Positions 20,049 to 29,451 of a stretch of 64,000 bases of DNA are shown piece after piece. The notes under the pieces were generated by a model. That model searched no databases, was not told the origin of the DNA, and saw only the letters and a program-made list of their open reading frames with translations. The translations under genes and the position numbers were made by a program. The first letter of the stretch is position 1. Every line of letters begins with the position of its first letter. Source of the DNA: an uncultured Acidimicrobiia bacterium (GTDB lineage: Bacteria; Actinomycetota; Acidimicrobiia; Spongiisociales; JAOTWH01); contig CAXMQS010000036.1 in assembly GCA_964195995.1 (NCBI GenBank), positions 100,961 through 164,960 on the forward strand, in the 5' to 3' direction.

Positions 20049-21566
20049 ATGGAGATCGTCATTGCCGCGGTGGCAGCAGTCGTAGGACTCGCCGTTGGGG
20101 CGGTGGCTATGCGGTCGAGATCCAGCAAGGCCGGCGATGCTGCCGGCCAGGTGTTGGCCAAGGCCCGCCAAGAAGCTCACGACATCCTCGCCCGCGCCGA
20201 GTCCGAAGGAAGAGCCCAGGCCGATGCCTATCGGGAGCGCGAGGACGCCACGCTGGAGCATCGACGGCTGGAGGTCAGGTCAACGGACGAGCGCATCGCC
20301 CAGCGTGAAGCCACCCTCGAGCAGAGAGCAGGCAACCTCGCCGACCGCGAGCAACTGGTGCTGGCTAGAGAGCAGGAGCTGACAGGGCAGCGCGCCGACC
20401 TCGATCGCATGCAAGAAGAGGCGCGGGCTTACCTCGAGAAAGTCACTGGGTTCGATTCCAAGGCCGCCAAGGAGGAGCTGCTGGCGGGAGTCGAGGACGA
20501 GGCCCGGCGAGACGCCATGATCCTGGTGCGCGACCTCGAGGTGAAGGCCAGGGAGGAAGCCGACCGCAGGGCACGGCGCATCCTGACCGGATCAGTGCAG
20601 CGCCTATCTTCAGAGGTCGTTGCCGACTCGACGGTGTCCGTGGTGACGCTGCCGTCCGACGACATGAAGGGCCGCATCATCGGCCGCGAGGGTCGCAACA
20701 TCCGCGCCATCGAGTCCGTGACCGGTGTCAACATCGTTGTCGACGACACCCCCGAGACGGTGGCGGTGTCCTCCTTTGATCCGGTGCGACGCGAGATCGC
20801 CCGCTTGACGCTGGTACGGCTGGTGGCAGATGGCAGGATCCACCCGGCCTCCATCGAGGAGGCCTACACCAAGTCCCAGGCGGAAGTCGAACAGAGCATC
20901 CGGGACGCGGGTGAGTGGGCGATCCTCGAGGCTGGAGTCAGCCGGCTGGCCCCAGAGCTGGTCGTGTTGCTGGGTCGCCTCAAGTACCGCAGCTCCTACG
21001 GCCAGAACGTGCTGTCGCACCTGGTTGAGTCGGCCAATATCGCCGAGATGCTGGCGGCCGAGCTCGGCGTCGACCCGGCGGAGGCGAAGCGCGCAGCCTT
21101 CCTCCATGACATCGGCAAGGCCGTCAGTCACGAGGTCGGGAGCTCCCACGCCATGGCCGGAGCCGAGATCGCCAGGAGATTCGGAGAGGACCCTGCCGTT
21201 GTTCACGGCATCGAGGCCCACCACAACGAGGTCGATCCGCGAACGCTCACCGCCATTCTGGTTCAGGCCGCGGACGCCGTGTCAGCTGCTCGCCCCGGCG
21301 CCCGGCGCGAGGCTCTCGAATCGTACGTGAGACGTCTAGAGAGGCTCGAGGAGATCGCGCAGAGTTTCGAGGGCGTCGAGCGTGTGTTCGCTATGCAGGC
21401 GGGCCGCGAGATCCGCATCGTCGTCGACCCGGCTCGTCTCGACGACCTCGAGGCCGCTGATCTGGCTCGGCGCATCGCCCGTCGCGTTGAGCGGGACCTT
21501 CAGTACCCCGGTCAGATAGAAGTCACCGTCATCAGAGAGTTGCGCTCGACCGACTACGCCCGATGA
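20049..21566 (+). CDS. rny: ribonuclease Y
   Basis: N-terminal TM (MEIVIAAVAAVVGLAVGAV), coiled-coil region, KH domain (GRIIGREGRNIRA) and HD domain (AFLHDIGKA). Start moved to ATG 20049. Confidence 0.9.
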   Translation: MEIVIAAVAAVVGLAVGAVAMRSRSSKAGDAAGQVLAKARQEAHDILARAESEGRAQADAYREREDATLEHRRLEVRSTDERIAQREATLEQRAGNLADREQLVLAREQELTGQRADLDRMQEEARAYLEKVTGFDSKAAKEELLAGVEDEARRDAMILVRDLEVKAREEADRRARRILTGSVQRLSSEVVADSTVSVVTLPSDDMKGRIIGREGRNIRAIESVTGVNIVVDDTPETVAVSSFDPVRREIARLTLVRLVADGRIHPASIEEAYTKSQAEVEQSIRDAGEWAILEAGVSRLAPELVVLLGRLKYRSSYGQNVLSHLVESANIAEMLAAELGVDPAEAKRAAFLHDIGKAVSHEVGSSHAMAGAEIARRFGEDPAVVHGIEAHHNEVDPRTLTAILVQAADAVSAARPGARREALESYVRRLERLEEIAQSFEGVERVFAMQAGREIRIVVDPARLDDLEAADLARRIARRVERDLQYPGQIEVTVIRELRSTDYAR

Positions 21567-22933
21567 TCAATCTCGGGCTCCCCGCCGTCCAGCGGCAGGC
21601 GACACGCAGTGGTCAGACCTACTTCGTGCGCACCTTCGGGTGCCAGATGAACGAGCACGACTCGGAGCGCATCGCGGGGTTGCTGGAAGCCGATGGTCTG
21701 AGTCCTGCCGACGACCCGGCGAACGCCGACGTGCTCGTGCTCAATACCTGCTGCATCCGGGAGAATGCTGACAACAAGCTGTACGGCAACCTCGGCCATT
21801 TCAAGCCACTCAAGGATGTCAACCCCGACATGAGGATCGTCGTCGGTGGATGCTTGGCGCAGAAGGACCAGGGTGTGGTCCAGGAGCGTGCCCCCTGGGT
21901 TGATGTCGTCTTCGGGACTCACAACCTGCATCGCGTCGTCGACCTGCTGGATCACGCCGAGGAGTGGGGTCCCGTCACTGAGATCTGGGAGGAGACCACC
22001 TCCGCCGACGAGATGCCATCTGTTCTGCCCACCAACCGCCAGACGCCGTTCTCGGCGTGGGTGACAATCACCATCGGCTGTAACAACTCGTGCACCTTCT
22101 GCATCGTCCCCATCGTGCGGGGGGCCGAGATCAGTCGCCGTCTCGGTGACATCGTCAGTGAGGTTCAGGGACTGGCCGCGGCCGGCGTCAAGGAGGTGAC
22201 CCTGCTCGGCCAGAACGTCAACTCCTACGGCCGTGAGCTCGATCTCGGGGGACGCAAGCCGCTCTTCGCCGACTTGCTGCGGCGGGTAGGCGAGATCGAC
22301 GGCATCGAGCGCATCCGCTACACGAGCCCTCATCCCAAGGACTTCCGCGAGGACGTCGCCATGGCCATGGCCGAGACGGCGGCGGTGTGCGAGCACCTCC
22401 ATCTTCCGCTGCAGTCGGGGAGCGACCGGATCCTGGCGGCAATGCATCGCGGCTACAGCGCCGAACGCTTCCTCAACAAGCTGGCAATCGCTCGTGATGC
22501 CATGCCGGGTCTGGCCGCCTCTACGGACATCATCGTCGGCTTCCCTGGAGAGACCGACGCGGACTTCGAGGCAACGCTCGACGTCGTTGCGACGGCGCGT
22601 TTCGACTCGGCATACACCTTCAAGTTCTCACCGCGACCGGGCACGCCCGCCGCCGAGATGGACAACCAGGTCGCTGAGGACATCGTCACCGAGCGCTACG
22701 ACCGGCTGACCGAGCTCCAGCAGCAGATCTCGCTTGAGCGCAACCAGGCCGAGGTCGGCCGCTCGCACGAGATCCTGGTCGAGGGACCGTCGCGCAAGGA
22801 CGAGCTGATGACGACGGGACGTACCCGGACCAACAAGCTGGTCCACGTGCCGGGGGAGCTGGCGGCAGGCGACCTTGCCAACGTTGTCATCACGGAGGCG
22901 GCAACCCACCATCTGATGGGGAGCCTGGCCTGA
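21563..22933 (+). CDS. miaB: tRNA-2-methylthio-N6-dimethylallyladenosine synthase MiaB
   Basis: FGCQMNEHDSE N-terminal MTTase motif, radical-SAM CNNSCTFCIVP and a C-terminal TRAM domain. ATGA overlap with rny. Confidence 0.9.
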   Translation: MINLGLPAVQRQATRSGQTYFVRTFGCQMNEHDSERIAGLLEADGLSPADDPANADVLVLNTCCIRENADNKLYGNLGHFKPLKDVNPDMRIVVGGCLAQKDQGVVQERAPWVDVVFGTHNLHRVVDLLDHAEEWGPVTEIWEETTSADEMPSVLPTNRQTPFSAWVTITIGCNNSCTFCIVPIVRGAEISRRLGDIVSEVQGLAAAGVKEVTLLGQNVNSYGRELDLGGRKPLFADLLRRVGEIDGIERIRYTSPHPKDFREDVAMAMAETAAVCEHLHLPLQSGSDRILAAMHRGYSAERFLNKLAIARDAMPGLAASTDIIVGFPGETDADFEATLDVVATARFDSAYTFKFSPRPGTPAAEMDNQVAEDIVTERYDRLTELQQQISLERNQAEVGRSHEILVEGPSRKDELMTTGRTRTNKLVHVPGELAAGDLANVVITEAATHHLMGSLA

Positions 22934-23838
22934 GCATCGTCGGGGCCATCGTCGGCCCCACCGCCTCCGGCAAGTCCGCTGTTGCCATGGCGTTGGCGAC
23001 CGATGGCGTCGAGATCGTTTCCGTTGACTCCATGCAGGTGTATCGCGGCATGGACATCGGCACCGCCAAGCCAACCTTGTCGGAGAGGAGGCAGGTGCCA
23101 CATCACATGATCGACCTGGTTGACCCGACGGAGCTGTTCTCCGTCGCCGAGTTCCAGGAGCAAGGTCGAGCCGCTCTTGCGGGCATAGCCGGTTCGGCGC
23201 TGGTGGTCGGAGGCAGTGGGCTGCACCTGAGAGCCTTGATCGACCCCCTCGACTTCCCGCCGACGGATCCCGACCTGCGCGCCGCGTTGGAAGCTCTGGA
23301 CCTCCCCGAGCTTGCGGGCCGGCTCCTGGCGGCCGACTCGAATGCCGCTGCTGTCGTCGACATGGCCAACAAGCGACGAGTGCAGCGGGCTGTCGAGGTA
23401 TTGGAGTTGACGGGCCAGACTCCGACGCAGCGTTCCTCCAGCGCCCAGGCTGTGGCAGTGGAGAACTACGAGAGCGTCGCGCCGGTGGCGATCGTTGGCC
23501 TTGATCCTCTCGACGAGCTCGAGGCCAGGATCGAAGCCAGGGTGGACGCCATGGTGGCGGGGGGATGGCTCGCGGAGGTTGCGGCATTGGACGGTCGGCT
23601 CGGCGCCACGGCTGCCGGCGCCGTCGGGTACGGGGAGCTGGCCGACGTGGTGAAGGGTGAGACGAGCCTCGCCGATGCTCGCGTCGCCATCCTTGCCGCG
23701 ACGAGGGCCGTAGCGAAGCGGCAACGCACCTACTTCCGCAAGGACCCACGGGTTCGCTGGCTACCGTGGCGTTCCAGTCTCGGCGACCGCGTCAGCGAGG
23801 CCGCGGCGGCACTCGAGGAGAGCAAGTGGAATTCCTGA
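22930..23838 (+). CDS. miaA: tRNA dimethylallyltransferase MiaA
   Basis: The P-loop GPTASGKS is encoded upstream of the first ATG (22987). The in-frame upstream stretch has no ATG/GTG/TTG, so the start is placed at CTG 22930 (alternative ATC 22936), overlapping the miaB stop. The DSMQVYRGMDIGTAKP motif follows. Confidence 0.8.
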   Translation: MSIVGAIVGPTASGKSAVAMALATDGVEIVSVDSMQVYRGMDIGTAKPTLSERRQVPHHMIDLVDPTELFSVAEFQEQGRAALAGIAGSALVVGGSGLHLRALIDPLDFPPTDPDLRAALEALDLPELAGRLLAADSNAAAVVDMANKRRVQRAVEVLELTGQTPTQRSSSAQAVAVENYESVAPVAIVGLDPLDELEARIEARVDAMVAGGWLAEVAALDGRLGATAAGAVGYGELADVVKGETSLADARVAILAATRAVAKRQRTYFRKDPRVRWLPWRSSLGDRVSEAAAALEESKWNS

Positions 23839-24593
23839 AGATGGAGGGTCTCGGTAACGACTTCGTCGTGGTCGAGGGAGCTTCCGACCCTGCCGTTGCC
23901 GACATCGTTGCTTGGTGTGACCGCAGGCGCGGCATCGGTGCCGACGGGGTGCTGGTGGTCTCGCCCGCCGATGGCGGCGTCACCATGAAGTACTGGAACG
24001 CGGACGGCTCATCGGCGCCGACCTGCGGCAACGGCGTGCGCTGTGTTGCTCGCCTCGCCGTCGACAAGTCCTGGGTGCCACCAGGGCCCTTCACCGTGTT
24101 CACCGATGCCGGCCCGACAGCCGTAGAGGTGCCCCAGGATGGCCCGGTCAGGGCAGATCTCGGAGTGCCCTCACCGCCGGGACCCGAGGTGGAGATCGCC
24201 GGCTACACCTTTGCGACATTGACCCTTGGCAATCCTCACGCCGTCACCATCGTCGATGACCCTTTCATCTTCCCGGTGTCGGCTGTCGGCCCCATCGTCG
24301 AGGGCGACCCGGCCTTCCCCGAGAGGACCAACGTCGAGTTCGTTACGGCCATCGATCGTGGTCGGGCGGCGGCCCGCATCTGGGAGCGCGGGGTGGGGGA
24401 GACGCTGGCCAGCGGCACCGGTGCATCTGCGGCGGCCGTTGTTGCTCACCGCGCCGGTCTCGTTGACGCTGCGGTCACCGTTGAACTCGCCGGCGGCAAG
24501 CTCCGAGTTGAGATAAGCGAAGATGGGGTATGGACCGAAGGTCCGGCGACCTACGTCTTCTCCGGCGAGCTGGGAGCCCCTACAGGCTCCTGA
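23826..24593 (+). CDS. dapF: diaminopimelate epimerase
   Basis: FLKMEGLGNDFVVV N-terminus and both catalytic Cys regions (APTCGNG; SGTGASAAA). Start set to GTG 23826. Confidence 0.85.
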   Translation: MEFLKMEGLGNDFVVVEGASDPAVADIVAWCDRRRGIGADGVLVVSPADGGVTMKYWNADGSSAPTCGNGVRCVARLAVDKSWVPPGPFTVFTDAGPTAVEVPQDGPVRADLGVPSPPGPEVEIAGYTFATLTLGNPHAVTIVDDPFIFPVSAVGPIVEGDPAFPERTNVEFVTAIDRGRAAARIWERGVGETLASGTGASAAAVVAHRAGLVDAAVTVELAGGKLRVEISEDGVWTEGPATYVFSGELGAPTGS

Positions 24594-25200
24594 GGACGCT
24601 GACGACTCGGCCCAGGATCTCAACGCCGTCCGTGAACACCATCGGCGCGTACTCAGGATTCTCGGCGATCAGGGTCACCCGACCATCCCCCTTGCGCAGC
24701 CTCTTCACTGTGGCTTCTTCGCCGTCGATGAGAGCCGCAACGATGTCGCCGCTGTCGGCGTCCTGTTGGCGGCGCACCACGACTAGGTCACCATCGAGTA
24801 TGCCGGCGTCGATCATGGAATCGCCCTTGACCTCCAACATGAAGACAGGCTCCTTGCCCACGAGCGAGGTCGGAAGCGGATAGACCTCTTCGATGTCCTG
24901 CTCGGCGAGGATCGGTGAGCCGGCGGCGATGCGACCAACGAGTGGCACTTCTCGGACACCGCCGCGAGCGATACCAGCCGACGGCTGCTTGTCCGCCACC
25001 ACCTCGATGGCTCGGGGCTTGGATGGATCACGGCGCAGCCGGCCACTCTTGACGAGAGCGGACAGGTGGGAATGGACGGTCGATGGCGAACTCAGCCCTA
25101 CCGCCTCTCCGATCTCCCTCACGGAGGGGGGATAGCCCCGTCCCTCGACGGTAGAGGAGATGTAGTCGAGTATCTCCTGCTGCCGGTTGGTGATAGTCAT
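24580..25200 (-). CDS. lexA: LexA repressor
   Basis: wHTH (LTNRQQEILDYI, PPSVREIGEAVGLSSPSTVHSHL), S24 peptidase Ser (KGDSMIDAGI) and Lys (ATVKRL). Start moved to ATG 25200. Confidence 0.9.
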   Translation of the reverse strand: MTITNRQQEILDYISSTVEGRGYPPSVREIGEAVGLSSPSTVHSHLSALVKSGRLRRDPSKPRAIEVVADKQPSAGIARGGVREVPLVGRIAAGSPILAEQDIEEVYPLPTSLVGKEPVFMLEVKGDSMIDAGILDGDLVVVRRQQDADSGDIVAALIDGEEATVKRLRKGDGRVTLIAENPEYAPMVFTDGVEILGRVVSVLRSL

Positions 25201-25275
25201 GAGGGACCCTTCATCGATTGCGATGACAGTAGTGCCGGGAGCATCACCACCCAAACATATGTTCGACTTGCCTAG

Positions 25276-25289
25276 CGAACAGCTGTTCG
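25276..25289. promoter_or_regulatory. LexA box 1 in the lexA / LysM-gene divergent region
   Basis: Perfect palindrome CGAACAGCTGTTCG. Confidence 0.8.
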
Positions 25290-25301
25290 GTATCGTTCAG
25301 C

Positions 25302-25315
25302 CGAACACGCGTTCG
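25302..25315. promoter_or_regulatory. LexA box 2 in the lexA / LysM-gene divergent region
   Basis: Perfect palindrome CGAACACGCGTTCG, 12 nt from box 1. Confidence 0.8.
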
Positions 25316-25374
25316 TGTCACACACCACGAATAGCGTGTCGGTTAGGTAGGAACCGAGCAGGAGGTAGGGACTG

Positions 25375-25665
25375 ATGAAGAGAACGCACACCGCCCCATA
25401 CCGGGCGCTGGTCCTCCTCGCGATACTCGCCATTGGGGTCCTCCTCCTGCTCGCTACCGCCTCGGCTGCCACCGGCAGCAGCCAACCCCCAGCGATGCCG
25501 ACGGCATACGTCGTGCAGCCGGGGGACACGCTGTGGTCGATCGCTGAGGCCGCCTACGACGAGGACATGGATACTCGCCAGGCGATCCACTCCATCAAGG
25601 CCCTCAATGACCTCGGATCGTCGGCGTTGTCGATTGGTCAGCCCTTGTTGATTCCCGCCAGCTAG
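25375..25665 (+). CDS. small membrane-anchored LysM-domain protein (ChiZ-like position, divergent from lexA)
   Basis: N-terminal TM (ALVLLAILAIGVLLLLA) plus LysM motif YVVQPGDTLWSIA...LSIGQPLLIP. GGAGG RBS. Confidence 0.75.
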   Translation: MKRTHTAPYRALVLLAILAIGVLLLLATASAATGSSQPPAMPTAYVVQPGDTLWSIAEAAYDEDMDTRQAIHSIKALNDLGSSALSIGQPLLIPAS

Positions 25666-25738
25666 GCGGCAGCAGGGTCTTGCCAGCAGGTCTTGCCAGC
25701 AGGTCGCTGGAAGACAGGTCGCCCGAAGAGGGCGGTCC

Positions 25739-26704
25739 CTATCCGATCAGTTGGCGAACTTCGATGGTGCTCAAGCGAAGCAGGTCGAGTTCCCGGGCGC
25801 CCCATTCCTCGATCTCGGCAAGAGAGCTGGCGAGGGTCCTGTGCAGTGTCAGCAGCGTGGCTTCGATATCAGCAACGATCACCTCGGCGGCTGCGGAGTC
25901 CTCGGCTCGCAACGCAGTCAGATACTCGGTCCGCCAAGTGTCCATCTGGGTGAGCGCCTCGTTGGCCGCCAGGCGGTGGTTTTCGAGCAGGGGGTCTGAC
26001 GGCAGGGAAACCGCGACCTCAACACTGGCGGCCATGGCCGCGGCAAGGTCGGTCGACAGGGAGTCGATGGTGTCGGGTGCAGCCACGGTCGGTAGATCCG
26101 GAAGATCGAAGAGCCCGTATGTCAAGAGGCGGTAGGTGACGAGACTGTTGAGCCGGGTGGCGAGTCCCTCGGCCTGGCCGGCAACCTCGCCGACGTCGCT
26201 GCGAACCGTCGTCACCGCCTCGATCTCGGCACGGGGGACAAACGGCAGCGTGTCGGGGAGAGCATCACTGACCGCCGAACGGGCCGTGTTGGTTGCCGTG
26301 ACGAACGGGGAGAGTTGCTCGAGTGAGTCGGACAGGTCCGACACATCACTTACCGGGTTGGTGAGCGCGGCGAGGGCTCTCCTGGCGTCCGGCACCGTGA
26401 GGTCGATGCTGGCCAGCGCTCCGTCGTAGCGGTTGAGGACCTGAGTCGCCAGACGGTGATCTTGGGCGGGGGCAGCGACGAGCAACAGCCAAGATGTCGC
26501 GGCGACCAAGGTCACCATGGCGATGAGCCCCCAGCGGTGTCTATGCAAGAAATCCGGGGCGCGGGTGTCTTGCAGTTCGAGAATGTGGTCGTCGCCCATG
26601 GAGGTGGTCGCAATACGATCTGGTTCGTAGGTCTCGGGCCAGATGGCATCGAGTTCCTCGAAACGATCAAGAAGGGTCTGCGGACGCGAATGAGTTTGGA
26701 CCAA
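25739..26704 (-). CDS. hypothetical membrane-anchored protein
   Basis: 321-aa ORF with a single TM (WGLIAMVTLVAATSWLLLVAAPA) and an Ala/Leu/Asp-rich helical remainder. No recognised domain. Confidence 0.55.
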   Translation of the reverse strand: MVQTHSRPQTLLDRFEELDAIWPETYEPDRIATTSMGDDHILELQDTRAPDFLHRHRWGLIAMVTLVAATSWLLLVAAPAQDHRLATQVLNRYDGALASIDLTVPDARRALAALTNPVSDVSDLSDSLEQLSPFVTATNTARSAVSDALPDTLPFVPRAEIEAVTTVRSDVGEVAGQAEGLATRLNSLVTYRLLTYGLFDLPDLPTVAAPDTIDSLSTDLAAAMAASVEVAVSLPSDPLLENHRLAANEALTQMDTWRTEYLTALRAEDSAAAEVIVADIEATLLTLHRTLASSLAEIEEWGARELDLLRLSTIEVRQLIG

Positions 26705-26760
26705 AATCTCCTACTTTCGGTTTTCCTGGCCCCGCCGCCCGCGGTATCAATAGCGCTCCC

Positions 26761-27192
26761 ATGAAGATACCGCTCACACGCCTCGACTCAGAGCTTTCTC
26801 TGCCCCAGCGCGCCCATCCCGGGGATGCCGGAATAGACCTGCGCTCCGCGGAGTCCGTGAAGATCCCCGGAGAGGGATGGGCTACCGTCGGCACCGGCGT
26901 TGCGGTTGCCATCCCCGAAGGACATGTCGGCCTGGTGTCGCCACGCTCGGGCCTGGCTCTTCGCCACGGCATTGGCGTCGCCAACGGTCCCGGCATCGTC
27001 GACGCCGGCTATCGGGGCGAGCTCCGCGTGATCCTGATCAACCACGGCCCCGAGACCGTCGCTATCGAGCGCGGCGAGAGGATCGCCCAACTAGTTGTCG
27101 TTCCGATGGTGGAGATCGAATTCGAGGAGGTTGAGGAGTTGCCGCCCTCTTCCAGGGGCGACAGCGGCTTCGGGTCTAGTGGGCGCCATTAG
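26761..27192 (+). CDS. dut: dUTP diphosphatase
   Basis: dUTPase motifs AGIDL, PRSGLA, GIVDAGYRGE and C-terminal RGDSGFGSSG. Confidence 0.9.
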   Translation: MKIPLTRLDSELSLPQRAHPGDAGIDLRSAESVKIPGEGWATVGTGVAVAIPEGHVGLVSPRSGLALRHGIGVANGPGIVDAGYRGELRVILINHGPETVAIERGERIAQLVVVPMVEIEFEEVEELPPSSRGDSGFGSSGRH

Positions 27193-27215
27193 CCGGTTGG
27201 TATTATCCGCCTCGC

Positions 27216-27291
27216 GCGGACGTAGCTCAGTTGGTAGAGCGTCACCTTGCCAAGGTGAAGGTCGCCGGTTCGAGCCCGGTCGTCCGCTCCA
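27216..27291 (+). tRNA. tRNA-Gly (anticodon GCC)
   Basis: Hand-folded cloverleaf: acceptor GCGGACG/CGTCCGC, D arm GCTC-AGTTGGTA-GAGC, anticodon arm TCACC-TTGCCAA-GGTGA, T arm GCCGG-TTCGAGC-CCGGT, encoded CCA. Confidence 0.95.
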
Positions 27292-27326
27292 CTTCAGCGA
27301 CTCGTAGGGTCGCTGTGGTGCAATCC

Positions 27327-27397
27327 GGCGCCGTGGCCGAGTGGTTAGGCAAGGGTCTGCAAAACCCTCTACACCGGTTCAATTCCGGTCGGCGCCT
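27327..27397 (+). tRNA. tRNA-Cys (anticodon GCA)
   Basis: Acceptor GGCGCCG/CGGCGCC, anticodon arm AGGGT-CTGCAAA-ACCCT, T arm ACCGG-TTCAATT-CCGGT. Confidence 0.95.
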
Positions 27398-27423
27398 CGG
27401 GGTATGCTCACGCCCCAAAATCC

Positions 27424-27495
27424 GGGCGCTTAGCTCAGCGGGAGAGCGCTTCCCTGACGCGGAAGAGGTCACAGGTTCGATCCCTGTAGCGCCCA
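27424..27495 (+). tRNA. tRNA-Val (anticodon GAC)
   Basis: Acceptor GGGCGCT/AGCGCCC, anticodon arm CTTCC-CTGACGC-GGAAG, T arm ACAGG-TTCGATC-CCTGT. The integrase gene starts 29 nt downstream. Confidence 0.95.
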
Positions 27496-27523
27496 CCGGA
27501 AAAGCCTTGCGCTGTAAGGGCTC

Positions 27524-28657
27524 TCACGGCGTGTGGGGGAGAGAGACGACCTGCGGGATCGATTCTGTCCACAATCTGTCCACATGAGACGCGCGAAACA
27601 CCTCGTCAAGGCGGTCCGCGGCAGCCTCGTCGAGACCGTCGAAGAGGTGGCCATAGGTGTCGAGGGTGGTGCGAATGGAGGCGTGGCCGAGTCGCTGCTG
27701 GATCACCTTCGGGTGCTCACCTGCGGCGATGAGGAGCGCAGCGTGACTGTGACGCAGGTCGTGGAAGCGCACCGGGAAGCCAAGCGCCGCCGCGACGGCT
27801 GGTTGCCAGTGGCGACGGCGGAAGTTCGTCCAGCGCAACGGACCACCATCGGGAGCCTGGAACACCAGTGAGTCGGTGGGAAACTGGCGCAGGTGTCGGC
27901 CCAGCTCGTCACACAACGCTGCGGGCAGGCTGACGGTCCGCCTCGACGCGTTCGACTTCGGGGGCCCGAAGGTGAGTCGCCCTTGCACGTCCGATAGGGT
28001 CTCGGCCACAGTCAGCGACCGTCGCAGCAGCTGGAGTCGGTCCAGCTTCAACGCTGATAACTCACCGGCACGAAGGCCCGTGTAGCCAGCGGTGAGGACG
28101 AGGGCGCGGAACTGCGGGTCGATGGCGTTGGCGACCACGCTGATCTGGTCAGCCGACAGGAACCTCACCTCCACATGCTCGATTTTGGGAAGGGCGATGT
28201 TGCGGGCGGGGGAGCGGGGGATAAGACCGTCATCGACCGCCGAATCGAGAGCGCCAGCGAGCAGCTGATATGCCTTTCGCACCGAGGCTGCCGCATACCC
28301 GGCAGAAGTCAGGTCGCTGACGAACTGGCGAAGGTCGGCGGGCTGAATTCCTCCGAGTTGGCGTTCAGCGAACACTGGCAGGATGTGGTTCTGAAGCACC
28401 GACATGTCCCGAGCCCTAGTGCTTGCACGTCGGCCGAGTCGTGCTGCCTCCCAGCGGGTGCACCACTCGCCGAACGTTGTCTTGGCGAGGCGTGGGTCAG
28501 ACCAGTCGCCGCGCACCTTGTCGGCTTCGGTCGTGGCGGCGAACTTCTCAGCGTCGGATCTCTTCGAGAAGTTCTTGGTGCGTTGTCGCCCAGAAGTGTC
28601 GCGGTAACGAACCTGCCAATGAGTGAGTGCGTTGGGGTGTCGTCGTATCGATGCCAT
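27524..28657 (-). CDS. tyrosine-type site-specific integrase
   Basis: N-terminal SAM-like/AP2-like region (WQVRYRDTSGRQRTKNFSKRSDAEKF). Catalytic region with LTAGYTGLRAGEL, FHDLRHSHAALL and LGHASIRTTLDTYGHL. Confidence 0.9.
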   Translation of the reverse strand: MASIRRHPNALTHWQVRYRDTSGRQRTKNFSKRSDAEKFAATTEADKVRGDWSDPRLAKTTFGEWCTRWEAARLGRRASTRARDMSVLQNHILPVFAERQLGGIQPADLRQFVSDLTSAGYAAASVRKAYQLLAGALDSAVDDGLIPRSPARNIALPKIEHVEVRFLSADQISVVANAIDPQFRALVLTAGYTGLRAGELSALKLDRLQLLRRSLTVAETLSDVQGRLTFGPPKSNASRRTVSLPAALCDELGRHLRQFPTDSLVFQAPDGGPLRWTNFRRRHWQPAVAAALGFPVRFHDLRHSHAALLIAAGEHPKVIQQRLGHASIRTTLDTYGHLFDGLDEAAADRLDEVFRASHVDRLWTESIPQVVSLPHTP

Positions 28658-28738
28658 CAGATGCGCCTCCTCATGGTGCTCCGGGGTTAGCGAGGGAACC
28701 GTTCCGCGAACAGTCTTCAGCGAGTGTGATGCTCATTG

Positions 28739-29362
28739 TCAACCGGCCCTGCCGGGTCGAGCGGGCGGCAGAAGGCCGAGCTGCCGACACTTCCTTATCC
28801 ATCCGGCTGCCGTGTTTCGCGATACACCCCAGAGTTCACCGATCAGTGCGGTCGGAGCGCGCTCACCCTTTGTTAGGAACTCCTGGTAACCGTCCGCGAC
28901 TGCCTGCCAATGCTCATCGGGGTAGCCGACTCGACCGGGGGCCTTCGGGGCAGACCTTCCCTCCAGGCCGCTATGGACGAGAGACCAGCCGGTGTCCTCC
29001 TGGCTGATTCGCCAAAGTGCCGCGGCAACGCGCAGCCAGCGACCGTATGGGAACCGCCGGAGATACTCAGAGGAGAGAGGCTCACTCCGCGGGTTGATAG
29101 TGATGGCTGTTGCAAGATCATCGTGGAAATGGATCGTGATGCCGACCTCTACGCGAGCTGGTTTCCTTCCCGCGGTGGGTGGAAGGTCGGGCCCAGCGAC
29201 CTTGATCCCTGGGCCGTCGCTCCAGACCGTGAGTTGCTCCCGCAAGGCGGAAGACGATCCGGAGAAGAGCCACAGTTCCACTGAACCGCTTGGCGACCGG
29301 AACCCACCAGAGTTATCGAGGTCAGTTTCCTTGTGCCACGCGAAGGTCTTGATCTCAGCCAC
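28739..29362 (-). CDS. hypothetical protein with C-terminal HTH-like segment
   Basis: 207-aa ORF (GTG start). C-terminus LIGELWGVSRNTAAGWIRKCRQLGLL resembles an HTH. No other recognisable domain. Confidence 0.5.
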   Translation of the reverse strand: MAEIKTFAWHKETDLDNSGGFRSPSGSVELWLFSGSSSALREQLTVWSDGPGIKVAGPDLPPTAGRKPARVEVGITIHFHDDLATAITINPRSEPLSSEYLRRFPYGRWLRVAAALWRISQEDTGWSLVHSGLEGRSAPKAPGRVGYPDEHWQAVADGYQEFLTKGERAPTALIGELWGVSRNTAAGWIRKCRQLGLLPPARPGRAG

Positions 29363-29451
29363 GACCTCATCCTACCTGAAACGTCAACGGTTCCACAACA
29401 TGCGTTCTTAGAACTACCAGAATGGTGAAACCGTTGTGTTATAGTGGAGCC

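Noticed and set aside
27231-27587. 118-aa ORF spanning the tRNA cluster.
   Set aside because: It reads straight through tRNA-Gly, tRNA-Cys and tRNA-Val, so it is an artefact.
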